Positions 17,392 through 27,345 of a stretch of DNA of 64,000 bases are shown here, piece after piece. Both the position numbers and the translations under genes were made by a program. Source of the DNA: an uncultured virus (IMG/VR IMGVR_UViG_3300027832_000011). Taxonomy: Duplodnaviria > Heunggongvirae > Uroviricota > Caudoviricetes. The number at the start of each line of letters is the position of its first letter. Positions within the stretch are counted from its first letter, which is position 1. The notes beneath the pieces are model-generated. The model was not told the DNA's origin. It made no database searches and was given only the letters and a program-made list of their open reading frames with translations. The stretch covers positions 1 through 64,000 of the IMG/VR virus record IMGVR_UViG_3300027832_000011; one strand, written 5' to 3'.

Positions 17392-17508
17392 ATGTGTTCA
17401 TGTAAAAGAGGTACTAGTAATACAGTTACTGTATCCACTCCACAACCTAAACAACCTGAGTCATCAAAGACTTCGGTAAACTCACCTACTATACCAAATA
17501 GTAAATAA
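17392..17508 (+). CDS. 38-aa small protein MCSCKRG... (below ORF-track cutoff)
   Basis: ATG-TAA ORF with upstream TATTTATT motif (17350) and terminator immediately downstream. Confidence 0.55.
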   Translation: MCSCKRGTSNTVTVSTPQPKQPESSKTSVNSPTIPNSK

Positions 17509-17509
17509 C

Positions 17510-17541
17510 AAAAAAAAAGACCCTAGAGGGTCTTTTTTTTT
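17510..17541. terminator. bidirectional rho-independent terminator
   Basis: aaaaaaaagaccct-ag-agggtctttttttt between convergent genes. Confidence 0.85.
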
Positions 17542-17788
17542 ATTCTTCTTCATTCTCATCATTTGGTTTGACTTTTTTAACACCAGCAAAAAACTCTGAC
17601 GCTGTAAATCCCAAACCAGCAATAACAATATATGACATCGTATCATACATGTATTGGACAACAATTAAATTAAAAAATAAATTAGAGATAAATGCGATTG
17701 TTAAAAGTAAGAAAGCACTTATTGAAATAACTCTTTTACTTGAAACCCCTTTATCTGAGGAAAAACACTTTTTAATGAATTCTTTCAC
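17540..17788 (-). CDS. small two-TM membrane protein (holin-like)
   Basis: SSKR followed by two hydrophobic helices and a charged tail. Confidence 0.6.
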   Translation of the reverse strand: MKEFIKKCFSSDKGVSSKRVISISAFLLLTIAFISNLFFNLIVVQYMYDTMSYIVIAGLGFTASEFFAGVKKVKPNDENEEE

Positions 17789-17809
17789 TGTAATAATTTT
17801 TAATATATG

Positions 17810-18172
17810 TTATTTTACATCAAAAACAATTTTATCCACACGTATTAGGTTACCCATTGAATCATTATTGGTAACTTTAAACTTATATTTACCTTTATTA
17901 ACTCTCCAAGAAAGTCTAACTGGTTTATTATCGATTACTAACCTTAAATTATTATCATTTGAAAACTCAAAAACACCTTTATACTCACCAATAATTTCAT
18001 CTATCTCAATTATCTTAATAACCTTACATTCAACAGAACTTACAGTTAGAGTTATTAAATTATCTTTAGTGATTGATACAACCACATCATCTAAAATTAT
18101 TGTTTGAGCTACATTAAAAGATGATGTTAACATCATAATTAAAAAACATGCTAAAAATTTATATAGTCTCAT
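17810..18172 (-). CDS. hypothetical exported protein
   Basis: N-terminal signal-peptide-like segment ending VAQ. Confidence 0.65.
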   Translation of the reverse strand: MRLYKFLACFLIMMLTSSFNVAQTIILDDVVVSITKDNLITLTVSSVECKVIKIIEIDEIIGEYKGVFEFSNDNNLRLVIDNKPVRLSWRVNKGKYKFKVTNNDSMGNLIRVDKIVFDVK

Positions 18173-18247
18173 ATTATTATATTTAATGATTTATTATTCA
18201 AATATATGAAAAATTTTAACATAAACAAAATTTATATGGTACTATTT

Positions 18248-19567
18248 TTAATTGCAGTCACCTTTTATACTAAAACCAGTATTACCTACTGGTGAATAAA
18301 CCAATAATTTACCAACTTTACCATTATCTATATCGAATTTTGATTCACCACCGCTTTTACTGTAAAAAAGGAAACTTTTTTGCCCCATATCCCATAGTTT
18401 TTTTAGTAATTTTAAACCTTCTGAAATTTCACCCCTACTATCAGTGGAATAATCATGCGTTTTATCCTTTAACATAAACTTAACTAAGTTATCAAAACTA
18501 CTAAATGTTTTCACATCTCTCTCTAAACCACTAACAGCTGGTGAGTCTGGTGAGTTAACCATAATTTCAGTTAATTTAGCTATGTATAATGGGATAACAT
18601 CCCATTGTTTATAACTATGTTTACCATCCGCAAAATAACCTGTGTCAGATAAGATACCATCATCACTAATAACTTGCATCCTATCTGGTATCGAACCAGG
18701 TGTTAAGTTAATTCTACCCTTACCAATTAAATCTTGATTGAAGCTAATATAATCGTCTTCAACCGATGCAACCTTACCATCCTGATTAAATTTCATTTCA
18801 CAAGCAGTCATACCTTTAGGGTGTAATTCTATTATAACAAATTGGTCGTCAATATATTTAGAATCATTTTTATCACCACCATCCCAAATAGCATCACCTA
18901 TTTCAGTTGAGGACTCAACTGATAATCCATTAATATCATTCCCTTCCAAGTAATTCTTAATCAAACTAGAAAGTATAGAGGCCCTACGTTTAGCTAAATC
19001 ACCAGACTTAATACCATCTTGGTTTGGTACTTGAGATTCTGACGCTCTTACTTTTATTTTGAAGGAATTACCGTTATCCTTTAAGAATTCTTTCAAACCA
19101 TTTAATTTATCGTATACCACATTAGGTTCTATCTCATACGTACCACTTTCAAAGTTGTTTGTGAAATTAATGTTGAATTTTGATTCTTTACTAGTTTTAA
19201 TATTAGCAAGAGCATCATTCCCATCGGTTTTCATAAGTCTAGAGATTTGTGATTTTAAATTATCTGGAGCTTTTTCAACCGCTTGACTAAAAGCCAAGTT
19301 TGACATTAGTGATACCATAACAGTTGCGGTTATTAGTTTACTTTTACTAGATTTTAATACCTTAATAAACCTATTTAGAATTTCTTGACCATCAGCTTCA
19401 TTTATATCATTTACCTCCCCTAAAATGTACGATATAACCACGCTTGACTCATCACTTTCCTCTTCAATTTTATAAAACTCCAATAATGCTTTACGTATTT
19501 TATTATCGTTTAAGGTGTTTAACATTGTTTTAATTATAAATATAATCAAAACACAAAAAACCATCAC
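18248..19567 (-). CDS. hypothetical protein, possibly virion-associated (true start probably MLNTL near 19525)
   Basis: 439 aa; F.SG.Y...ASESQVPN...LAKRRA segment reminiscent of an OmpA-C-like fold. Confidence 0.65.
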   Translation of the reverse strand: MMVFCVLIIFIIKTMLNTLNDNKIRKALLEFYKIEEESDESSVVISYILGEVNDINEADGQEILNRFIKVLKSSKSKLITATVMVSLMSNLAFSQAVEKAPDNLKSQISRLMKTDGNDALANIKTSKESKFNINFTNNFESGTYEIEPNVVYDKLNGLKEFLKDNGNSFKIKVRASESQVPNQDGIKSGDLAKRRASILSSLIKNYLEGNDINGLSVESSTEIGDAIWDGGDKNDSKYIDDQFVIIELHPKGMTACEMKFNQDGKVASVEDDYISFNQDLIGKGRINLTPGSIPDRMQVISDDGILSDTGYFADGKHSYKQWDVIPLYIAKLTEIMVNSPDSPAVSGLERDVKTFSSFDNLVKFMLKDKTHDYSTDSRGEISEGLKLLKKLWDMGQKSFLFYSKSGGESKFDIDNGKVGKLLVYSPVGNTGFSIKGDCN

Positions 19568-19583
19568 AATGTGATGGTTTTTT
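19555..19583. terminator. rho-independent terminator downstream of tmRNA
   Basis: aaaaaaccatcac-aat-gtgatggtttttt. Confidence 0.8.
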
Positions 19584-19659
19584 ACTTTTTCATAATAGCG
19601 ATATATTATAAAACTTAAAAGACTATAGACTAAATGATTCTAAAATCAAAAAGGTCTAG

Positions 19660-19999
19660 TGGAGATAGAGGGAATCGAACCCTCGTGTAAGATACTTTTC
19701 AATAACTTTCTACATGTTTACCTAGTTTACTAAAACTAGTAAATCTTTTTAAATGTTTATAAAGTGTTACATCTATTCACTTAATCTATTTAACCATTAG
19801 ATTTCATGGTAATCGTAATACTATTTCTTAGGCAATAGTAACCTCTCTGTTTAACGTACCCATTTGAGCACCTTCGAAGATGTTTTCTGAAATACTAAAA
19901 GTATCTGCGTTTAAATTTTTTATAGTTTTTTTAAGTGATACTAAATAACACTACATGCTTATTATCTAAAACTATACCATATCGATACCAGTTACCCCC
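19660..19999 (-). ncRNA. ssrA: tmRNA (transfer-messenger RNA)
   Basis: 5' GGGGGTAACTGGTATCGA; 3' T-arm GAGGGTTCGATTCCCTC then TATCTCCA; acceptor stem with G3:U70; internal tag ORF ADTFSISENIFEGAQMGTLNREVTIA* (19908-19828). Confidence 0.92.
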
Positions 20000-20077
20000 A
20001 TTTATTAATACAAATATACTAATAAATATATATATAAAACCAAATAAATTTAAATTTATTTGGTTTTATGTGTTTAT

Positions 20078-20815
20078 TTATTTTCTTTTGGTGATTAAAC
20101 CATCAATAATACCATATTCTTTAGCTTCAACTGATGTCAACCATAAATCACGGTTAGCATCTCCCATAATTTGTTTAGGGTCTTTTCCAGTGTATTCACC
20201 CAACATATTAAATAAAGTCGTATTATATTTTCTACCTTCAGCTACTGATATATCAACATCTGCCATAGTTCCAGAAGCACCACATGATACTTGGTGTAAC
20301 ATTACCTTACTATTTGGTAGTGCGAGTCTTTTACCTTTAGTACCAGCACCTAGTAAGATACTACCCATTGATGCTGCCATACCAGTGTTTATTGTCATAA
20401 CGTCTGGTTTTATGTAGTTCATAATATCAACAATTGATAAACCAGATTTTACTGAACCACCTGGGGAATCAATATGTAATTGGATATCTTTACTAGAATC
20501 AATGTTATCTAGAAACATTAACTGAGCTTGTACAACTGTACTCATTTGGTCATTAACTGGTCCAGCTAACCATAGGATTCTATCCATCATTAACCTTGAA
20601 AATATATCCATCTGAGTAACTTGCATTTTTCTCTCCTCCAAAATGTATGGAGTTAATGAACCATTAGGTGATGTGGCTGACATAGTCTGTGGGTTACCAT
20701 ACAAACTATTTTGTAGTTTTTCCCAAGAATAAAATTGCATACCAGTGATGCCCATGTGTTTAATAGCGTAATTTCTGAACTCACTAAAGAATTCAACATT
20801 TGAATAGTTATCCAT
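20078..20815 (-). CDS. clpP: ATP-dependent Clp protease proteolytic subunit
   Basis: DIFSRL..DRI, IDSPGGSV, GMAASMGS (Ser), MLHQ (His), NRD (Asp), EAKEYGIID. Confidence 0.95.
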   Translation of the reverse strand: MDNYSNVEFFSEFRNYAIKHMGITGMQFYSWEKLQNSLYGNPQTMSATSPNGSLTPYILEERKMQVTQMDIFSRLMMDRILWLAGPVNDQMSTVVQAQLMFLDNIDSSKDIQLHIDSPGGSVKSGLSIVDIMNYIKPDVMTINTGMAASMGSILLGAGTKGKRLALPNSKVMLHQVSCGASGTMADVDISVAEGRKYNTTLFNMLGEYTGKDPKQIMGDANRDLWLTSVEAKEYGIIDGLITKRK

Positions 20816-20892
20816 AAATTTATTTTTTTTAATTATACAATTTTCTCAACAAATATTAGGGTAGAATATATTTAAACTACCCTACATATTAT

Positions 20893-21321
20893 CTACTTTT
20901 TATTTTTTTCTTTCTCAGCAAGATAAAGAGTTTTAATCGACTCTGTTAATACCTCATAATTTTCATATGTGTATTTCTTAAGGATAGAACTAAATGTTTT
21001 AACATCTGGTGTTAACATTATAACAGCATCTTTATCGCTATCATAAGAAACCTTAGCTAATTCTTCCTCCAATACCATGCGAGGAAACCTAGCGTTAGCC
21101 ATTTCTAATTGGTCAAAGATAGTCTCATTAATGAAAAGGTAGAAATCATTACCAGTCTCATGTTTTAATAGTGGTGTTGATTTTTTAATCTCCACAACAT
21201 TTTTTAGTGTATTATCAACTAAGACCTTAATCCTAATACCCATTCGCTCGATAATCGTGTTGTTTAACACCTCATTAAACATTTCAACTATTCCATCGTG
21301 TGCCTCATCAAATTTTGCCAT
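20893..21321 (-). CDS. hypothetical phage protein
   Basis: 142 aa with upstream TAAGTTTG box. Confidence 0.7.
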   Translation of the reverse strand: MAKFDEAHDGIVEMFNEVLNNTIIERMGIRIKVLVDNTLKNVVEIKKSTPLLKHETGNDFYLFINETIFDQLEMANARFPRMVLEEELAKVSYDSDKDAVIMLTPDVKTFSSILKKYTYENYEVLTESIKTLYLAEKEKNKK

Positions 21322-21385
21322 AATTACATTTTTAATTTATTATTAATATTATTCCACAAACTTACGCATAAAAAAATTATAAACC

Positions 21386-22369
21386 TTAAGATTCATGAAG
21401 TTTTTTAATTAAATTTAAATAATTTTCTTCTTCATCACTAATAACAACACTTGAAACGCTTTTTAATACCACATATAAATCACCTCTAATTTCACCACCA
21501 ACATATAGACCCTTACCTTTTAATCTAACCGAACTTTCATTTTTAGTATTTTTATTTATTGTGAATTTAACATTAATACCATCAATAATTGGTACCTCAA
21601 TCTCACCACCTAACATCATAGAATAGTAAGGTATTTCTTTAACCATCACCAAATTATACCCATCCACATCGTATAGGTTATTTTTACTAACTTTTAGATA
21701 TAAAGCTAAATCACCATGTTCTAACCCCTTTTTTTGATTACCTTCTTTTGGTATTATTATGGGCCTACCAGGAGCGTAAGAACATGGTATTGTAATAGTC
21801 TCTTCGTGAGAAATAATTCTCGTTTTTTTGTTATTACAAGTATTACAATGTACTTCATTAACACTACCAGTACCATTACATGTATCACATATGTGTTCTG
21901 AATACATATTATGTTGTATTTGAGTGTGGAAAATCCCTTTACCGTTACATTTAACGCATTTAACCATATTTTTATCAGCGCATGAATCACAATCAACTAT
22001 TTTATTATACCTAATTTTCTTCACAACACCATTAAAATATTCTTCTAATGTTAGTGTAATTTGGATATTACAATTCTCAGCTTTAGGTGCGTAGTTTGTC
22101 TCTTCTTTATAAAAACCACGCATAAAATCTCTAAAGTCACCATAGCCACCGTTATTACCATTATTAACGTTTTTTTCATCGCCAAACCTATCGTAATTAC
22201 TACGTTTTTTATCATCTGATAAAGTTTCATAGGCTTTACTGATATTTTTAAATACTTCCTCATCACCACCCTTATCTGGGTGGTGAATTTTAACTAACTC
22301 ACGATAAGCTTTTTTAATTTCAACTTTATTAGCTATTTTTGGGACACCTAAAATTTCGTATAAATCCAT
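21386..22369 (-). CDS. dnaJ: DnaJ co-chaperone
   Basis: J-domain with HPD, CxxCxGxG repeats, GDL C-terminal domains. Confidence 0.93.
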   Translation of the reverse strand: MDLYEILGVPKIANKVEIKKAYRELVKIHHPDKGGDEEVFKNISKAYETLSDDKKRSNYDRFGDEKNVNNGNNGGYGDFRDFMRGFYKEETNYAPKAENCNIQITLTLEEYFNGVVKKIRYNKIVDCDSCADKNMVKCVKCNGKGIFHTQIQHNMYSEHICDTCNGTGSVNEVHCNTCNNKKTRIISHEETITIPCSYAPGRPIIIPKEGNQKKGLEHGDLALYLKVSKNNLYDVDGYNLVMVKEIPYYSMMLGGEIEVPIIDGINVKFTINKNTKNESSVRLKGKGLYVGGEIRGDLYVVLKSVSSVVISDEEENYLNLIKKLHES

Positions 22370-22461
22370 ATTTGTTTATTTATTTATTTATTTACACAAA
22401 TATACGTTTTTTTTTTTACTTCCAAATCTTTATTATTAATAAATAATAATTATATATTAAT

Positions 22462-23127
22462 ATGAGTAACTATAGAACAATATTAATGCGTAACGGTGAG
22501 TATAAAAAAACTTTACATAGAGCTACACTTAAGGAAACCGCTTTCATTAACTACCGAAAATTTAAAGAGGTTAGTGATAAAGTATTATTTGAAAAAAGAT
22601 TTATAAATACTAATGGTATCAAACCAGTTAAATATGAGATATTAATAGTTAAAAATCACAAAGAAGGTGATGTGGTTCGTAAAATTAGAAATTCTGATGG
22701 TCTTATGGTTGATGAAGAGGTAATGTTCGGTATTTGGACGGTTCTAGATTCACAACCTTATAGAGTTGAGGAAGAATTTAATGTGTATGGTTTTTGTAGT
22801 AGAAACGATAGGAAACAAATTAGTTACATAATAAAAATTTTATTACATAAAATGAACGTTGATAATAATAGTAAAGAATTGATTGTTGTAAACAATAAGT
22901 TAATTATTTACAATGAAGAACAATTTGATATGATAATATGTAAATGTAAAAAAGACGCTCAAAGATTACATCATACTTTACATGACGCAACTAGAGGTCT
23001 TAAGATTAAGAATATATTATTTATGGGTACTTGTCGCCCTTCTAATATTGGTATGCTATACGATGTTATACACGAGCAAACAGGTTGGGCTTACACCAAG
23101 ATTAGAAGAACTAGTACCAGACCTTAA
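22462..23127 (+). CDS. hypothetical phage protein
   Basis: 221 aa ORF, divergent from dnaJ. Confidence 0.75.
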   Translation: MSNYRTILMRNGEYKKTLHRATLKETAFINYRKFKEVSDKVLFEKRFINTNGIKPVKYEILIVKNHKEGDVVRKIRNSDGLMVDEEVMFGIWTVLDSQPYRVEEEFNVYGFCSRNDRKQISYIIKILLHKMNVDNNSKELIVVNNKLIIYNEEQFDMIICKCKKDAQRLHHTLHDATRGLKIKNILFMGTCRPSNIGMLYDVIHEQTGWAYTKIRRTSTRP

Positions 23128-23583
23128 TTACTTCAAGAATAATTCTTGAACTTTGATAATGAGCCCATCTATTTTACTTTGTAGGTTATTGATTTCAGTT
23201 TGCTTTTCATCAGGCATATTAATAAAGTAATTTGATTTTATTTTAGAAATTTCTCTTTGATACGCATCACTTTCCCTTAGATACTCATCATACTTAACAC
23301 CTTTTTCACTTTGATTTAATTTCATTATATTTTTTTTTATTAAATTAATTTTTTTTAGTTTTGGTAATTTTTTAATCTTATATTCTTCCTTACTAGCTTC
23401 ACTCCTATTTTCAAATTGTAAAACTAATAACAATATTAATGGACCTCTATTTTTAGTATATTTAGCACCAAGTCCTTTATTATGTTTATTTATCCTATTA
23501 ATCACGTTATTAGATATACCTGTATAGTAACTACCATCAGAACATTTTACAATGTAAACAAACCATTTTGGTGATACATGCAT
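23128..23583 (-). CDS. GIY-YIG nuclease family protein
   Basis: WFVYIVKCSDGSYYTGIS...R...HN.G.GAKYT..R.P...E..IKK. Confidence 0.88.
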   Translation of the reverse strand: MHVSPKWFVYIVKCSDGSYYTGISNNVINRINKHNKGLGAKYTKNRGPLILLLVLQFENRSEASKEEYKIKKLPKLKKINLIKKNIMKLNQSEKGVKYDEYLRESDAYQREISKIKSNYFINMPDEKQTEINNLQSKIDGLIIKVQELFLK

Positions 23584-23589
23584 TTACGT

Positions 23590-24099
23590 TTATTCACCTT
23601 TCATTTTATTTATATCGAAATTATTTTCAATATCATTAATCAAAGTATTAATTCTTTCAATTTGTTCACCACTAGCGATAGTTGGGTTTATACATTCAAC
23701 TCTCTCAACACCATTAGTTGGTAAGAATAAAGCCATTACATTATAATTATTATCATTAATGTAAAAATTAACGCTGTCAACAAATTCTTTAGCGATTTCA
23801 CCATTCTTTAATACCTCACTTTCTATGTAGAAACATAAAACTAGTGGAGTATCCCCATGAGATACGTTTAACTTCTCTTCAGTTATCGTAATTGGTGTTT
23901 CAATATTATTTTTCATATCACCCAAAGTTATCTTTACAATAATATCTTTAATTAATTCTTGTTTAGCTTCATCACCAATTACTGTTTGAGCACTTATTTT
24001 AGTATCATCGTCCATCATTTCATACACAATGTATTCTTTTATAACACCACTACAAACCAAACTTTTGTACTCATCTATTTGTTTACTAACTATCTTCAT
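23590..24099 (-). CDS. hypothetical phage protein
   Basis: 169 aa ORF. Confidence 0.7.
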   Translation of the reverse strand: MKIVSKQIDEYKSLVCSGVIKEYIVYEMMDDDTKISAQTVIGDEAKQELIKDIIVKITLGDMKNNIETPITITEEKLNVSHGDTPLVLCFYIESEVLKNGEIAKEFVDSVNFYINDNNYNVMALFLPTNGVERVECINPTIASGEQIERINTLINDIENNFDINKMKGE

Positions 24100-24145
24100 G
24101 TTTTTTTATTAAGGTTATTAAAAATAAATTTAATAGTAAACAATA

Positions 24146-24760
24146 TTACTGTTTTTTTAACCAAGTATTAACATATTTTTCCCTATGGTAAGATGTTGTA
24201 CCAAACTTTAGTATAGCCTCACCATGTTTCTTACTGTAATAACCCTTATTCCCACCAAAATCATATTCTGGGAATAAGTTACCAACTTTAGTCATGTATT
24301 CATCACGCTTAACTTTAGCTATTATTGACGCTGCTGCTATCGATAGATATGTATCATCACCTTTAGGTACACATACATATGGTATATCACCATATGGTGG
24401 CCATTCCGTGCCATCCACTAAAAGATATTCTGGTTTTAATGATAAGTTATCTAAACATTTATACATGGCCTTAAACGTGCTTAAATTGATTCCATCAACG
24501 TTGATGAATTTAGCTTGTATAGCTTCTATTGAAAAGGAGATTGCCTCATCACATATTAATTCAAAAGCTCGTTCCCTTTGTTTTTGGGTTAATTTTTTTG
24601 AATCCCTAATTAAACCCGATTTAAAGTCTTTAGGTAATATAACTGATGCTGTCACTATTGGCCCAGCAAAGGAACCTCTACCACATTCATCTAAACCAGC
24701 AATATGTGTTAAATGTTTTAAATCATCTGGTGAATAGGATAGTAACTTACTCGCTTTCAT
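24146..24760 (-). CDS. rnhB: ribonuclease HII
   Basis: GLDECGRG..AGP, RDSKKL, LVDG, KGD, IAAASIIAKV.RD, NKGY, HR. Confidence 0.95.
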   Translation of the reverse strand: MKASKLLSYSPDDLKHLTHIAGLDECGRGSFAGPIVTASVILPKDFKSGLIRDSKKLTQKQRERAFELICDEAISFSIEAIQAKFINVDGINLSTFKAMYKCLDNLSLKPEYLLVDGTEWPPYGDIPYVCVPKGDDTYLSIAAASIIAKVKRDEYMTKVGNLFPEYDFGGNKGYYSKKHGEAILKFGTTSYHREKYVNTWLKKQ

Positions 24761-25004
24761 TTATTAGGTTATTAGGTTCGTCTTCCAGCACGCCTATTGA
24801 TATAATAACACCTTCGATTTCAATCTCGATAACATCACTATGCGTAAATTTACCGTTATTATCACCATTTTTATAAAATAAGTGTTCATCTAATTTTATG
24901 TGCTTTTCGAATGGTATTAAATAACTTAAAGTTAAATTACCTTTCATTATTTTGTCGTTACTGATTATTTCAGAAACTGTTTCTATTAAATCTTGATACG
25001 TCAT
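24747..25004 (-). CDS. hypothetical protein
   Basis: 85 aa coupled ORF. Confidence 0.7.
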   Translation of the reverse strand: MTYQDLIETVSEIISNDKIMKGNLTLSYLIPFEKHIKLDEHLFYKNGDNNGKFTHSDVIEIEIEGVIISIGVLEDEPNNLINESE

Positions 25005-25005
25005 A

Positions 25006-25254
25006 TTAGAATTTTGTGAAAAAATTACGAATTAAATTATTTAATTTATGTAGTAATGTTAGTTTTGGTTTTTTAATCACGTCCACTTTATTACCAATGG
25101 TTCTAATTGAATCACCCAAACCATTTTTAATTTCATCAATTAATAAAACTTTATTATTTTTAAGTGTGAGATTTAACCTCTTACTCTCATTTAGTGATTC
25201 ATCAATTTCACGCTCTAAATTAATTTTACCCATATACCATATACTTTTAGACAA
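25006..25254 (-). CDS. hypothetical protein
   Basis: 82 aa coupled ORF (start likely MGKIN). Confidence 0.65.
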   Translation of the reverse strand: MSKSIWYMGKINLEREIDESLNESKRLNLTLKNNKVLLIDEIKNGLGDSIRTIGNKVDVIKKPKLTLLHKLNNLIRNFFTKF

Positions 25255-25285
25255 ATATACGTAAATTATATTAAAAACTTATATT

Positions 25286-25588
25286 ATGTTAAATTTAATT
25301 TTAATCACGCTAATAGCGTATGGTATTACGAATATTTTAATATTTGGTAGTATTTTCGAAAGCCTTAGGCTATATATAATTAAACACTCCAATTTCTTAG
25401 GGAAATTAGTTTCATGTATGATGTGTATGTCTTTTTGGGTGGGAGTTTTATTGTCTATAACCGTTAAGTCAATTACATATTCAAATGGACTTGTAGATGA
25501 TAAGATGTTGGCGATATTTTTAGATGCCTCCTTAATATCTGGTGTTGTATGGTTAATACATACATTACAAGAGTATTTTGAAAAATAA
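25286..25588 (+). CDS. small membrane protein (DUF1360-like)
   Basis: IFE.LR...L..CMMCMSFWVG, three hydrophobic helices. Confidence 0.7.
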   Translation: MLNLILITLIAYGITNILIFGSIFESLRLYIIKHSNFLGKLVSCMMCMSFWVGVLLSITVKSITYSNGLVDDKMLAIFLDASLISGVVWLIHTLQEYFEK

Positions 25589-25612
25589 AAGGGTTTTTAA
25601 ACCCTTTTTTTT
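25587..25612. terminator. bidirectional terminator
   Basis: aaaagggttt-tt-aaaccctttttttt. Confidence 0.75.
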
Positions 25613-25616
25613 GTTA

Positions 25617-26258
25617 TTACATTTCTAAACATATTTCACACATGTCACCATTTTGACATTTACAAACACTTTTAGTTGGTTCAAAAGTTTCCAACTCAAT
25701 TTTACTACCCCTTGGTGGTAAGTCAAATTCTAAATTATTAATTATATCGCTAGAAACAAACTTATTTTTTGTTTTTGGTAATATCACATCTTCAGTCTCA
25801 ACTGTTGGAGGTAATAACGGTAATAACGGTACTAATATTGGTTCCTCAACATTAATAATCACTTCCTCAACTTTAATACTTGGTATAACACTTAATTGTT
25901 TATTAAGGTCGTTAAAAGTGTAATTTAAAGATTGTAATACTTCTAACGAATTAGATTCGAATAAGTTCTCTAATTCAATTATCTTTTTACCTAATAACTC
26001 AATTTTATTTTCTTGCTCAACATTTTTATTTATAACTAACTCAATAAATTCTAATATTTGGTCAACATCTAAATCACCATCACCACTATAAACCATATAA
26101 TAGTTAGGTGTCTCCTCACTCTTACCAATTTTAATATTTTCAGTTTCATCCATCACCCAATGGTCTTTTAATATAACATCCACAATTGTTAAACCTTGTG
26201 TGAACCTAATACCAATTACATGTGGTTTTAATTTGTTAATTTTATCTTGAATCTTCAT
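25617..26258 (-). CDS. hypothetical phage protein
   Basis: 213 aa; C-terminal CxC...CxxC. Confidence 0.75.
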   Translation of the reverse strand: MKIQDKINKLKPHVIGIRFTQGLTIVDVILKDHWVMDETENIKIGKSEETPNYYMVYSGDGDLDVDQILEFIELVINKNVEQENKIELLGKKIIELENLFESNSLEVLQSLNYTFNDLNKQLSVIPSIKVEEVIINVEEPILVPLLPLLPPTVETEDVILPKTKNKFVSSDIINNLEFDLPPRGSKIELETFEPTKSVCKCQNGDMCEICLEM

Positions 26259-26464
26259 TAATATAATAATTTTATTCCATTTATTAAACCAGTTAAGATG
26301 TAAGAAATTGATAGACCTAGGAGGAATATTGATGGGTTATTAATTATGTATTTCCGATTTTCATCAGAGTAGTATGTTTGTATGAAAAAAAATAAGTGCC
26401 TCACACAATTTAAAATTGATAATATGTATAGTAATATTAATACGCTGTTTAAAAATCCTACCAT
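26258..26464 (-). CDS. small membrane protein
   Basis: two hydrophobic segments. Confidence 0.65.
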   Translation of the reverse strand: MVGFLNSVLILLYILSILNCVRHLFFFIQTYYSDENRKYIINNPSIFLLGLSISYILTGLINGIKLLY

Positions 26465-26471
26465 TAAGCTT

Positions 26472-26699
26472 CTATTTATTAATATTTACGTTATTTAACG
26501 GGTCCTCAGCATTTTTAGTTAATAACACCCATTTATTAAATTTAATCTCATTTAACGCTAACTCACCTAACACACGGTCAATATTATCTGACTTCAAACC
26601 TAAGCTTAAATTCCCATTAATAATATTTTCTAACTCACCTTCAAGTGTTATTCTATCTAACGATAGTTTAATATTCATTATGTTAACTATTTTTTCCAT
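26472..26699 (-). CDS. hypothetical protein
   Basis: 75 aa ORF. Confidence 0.65.
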   Translation of the reverse strand: MEKIVNIMNIKLSLDRITLEGELENIINGNLSLGLKSDNIDRVLGELALNEIKFNKWVLLTKNAEDPLNNVNINK

Positions 26700-26748
26700 T
26701 TACTTTTATTTTATTTTAAACTTAACAATTTTAAAATGAAAATAAAGG

Positions 26749-27222
26749 TTATTTAAAAGATTTATTAAAAACTGAGTATAACATTAAAAACATTTCCACA
26801 TCTAATTTTGTTTTATCTATTCTATAATTAAACAATTGTTTCCACACCCTCTCAACACTTTTTTTAGTCTTAATATCATATTTATCAGGCTCTTCTAAAA
26901 AGTAAAAAACCTCATTAAAAAAATCCTTAAAGTATTCATATAATTCTTGATTGTGGTGGAAATAAATATTCTCACATGTAAAACTATCACATACTCGATT
27001 CCAAACCCAATCAAAATGAATTTTTTGGATATGTGGTGGTGAAACGTCATCACCTAAATATGTTTCTTGCGTTAATTTATTTAAACTAAAAATAAAATCC
27101 AAATATAAATCAACTCTTAAAAAATCAACTCCATTATCTCTACAAACATTATAAATGTGGTGTGTATTTTTTGAATTATTTAACGCTAATAGAAAACCCT
27201 TAGTTTTATCTATTTCATCCAT
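26749..27222 (-). CDS. hypothetical phage protein
   Basis: 157 aa, TYLGDD...HF.W.W. Confidence 0.75.
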   Translation of the reverse strand: MDEIDKTKGFLLALNNSKNTHHIYNVCRDNGVDFLRVDLYLDFIFSLNKLTQETYLGDDVSPPHIQKIHFDWVWNRVCDSFTCENIYFHHNQELYEYFKDFFNEVFYFLEEPDKYDIKTKKSVERVWKQLFNYRIDKTKLDVEMFLMLYSVFNKSFK

Positions 27223-27270
27223 TTTTACTATAATTTACAATTTTCATTTGAAATATAAATAGCGTACACG

Positions 27271-27296
27271 AAAAAACCCCTATTTAAGGGGTTTTT
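27271..27296. terminator. rho-independent terminator
   Basis: aaaaaacccct-attt-aaggggttttt. Confidence 0.75.
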
Positions 27297-27345
27297 ATTT
27301 AAACTATTATAGTTCTATTAAATTAGGTTTTTAACCTTTTAATAA

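Noticed and set aside
19660..19690. tRNA gene
   Set aside because: The T-arm and acceptor 3' half pair with a 5' end 340 nt away and enclose a tag ORF, so this is tmRNA; no anticodon arm is present.
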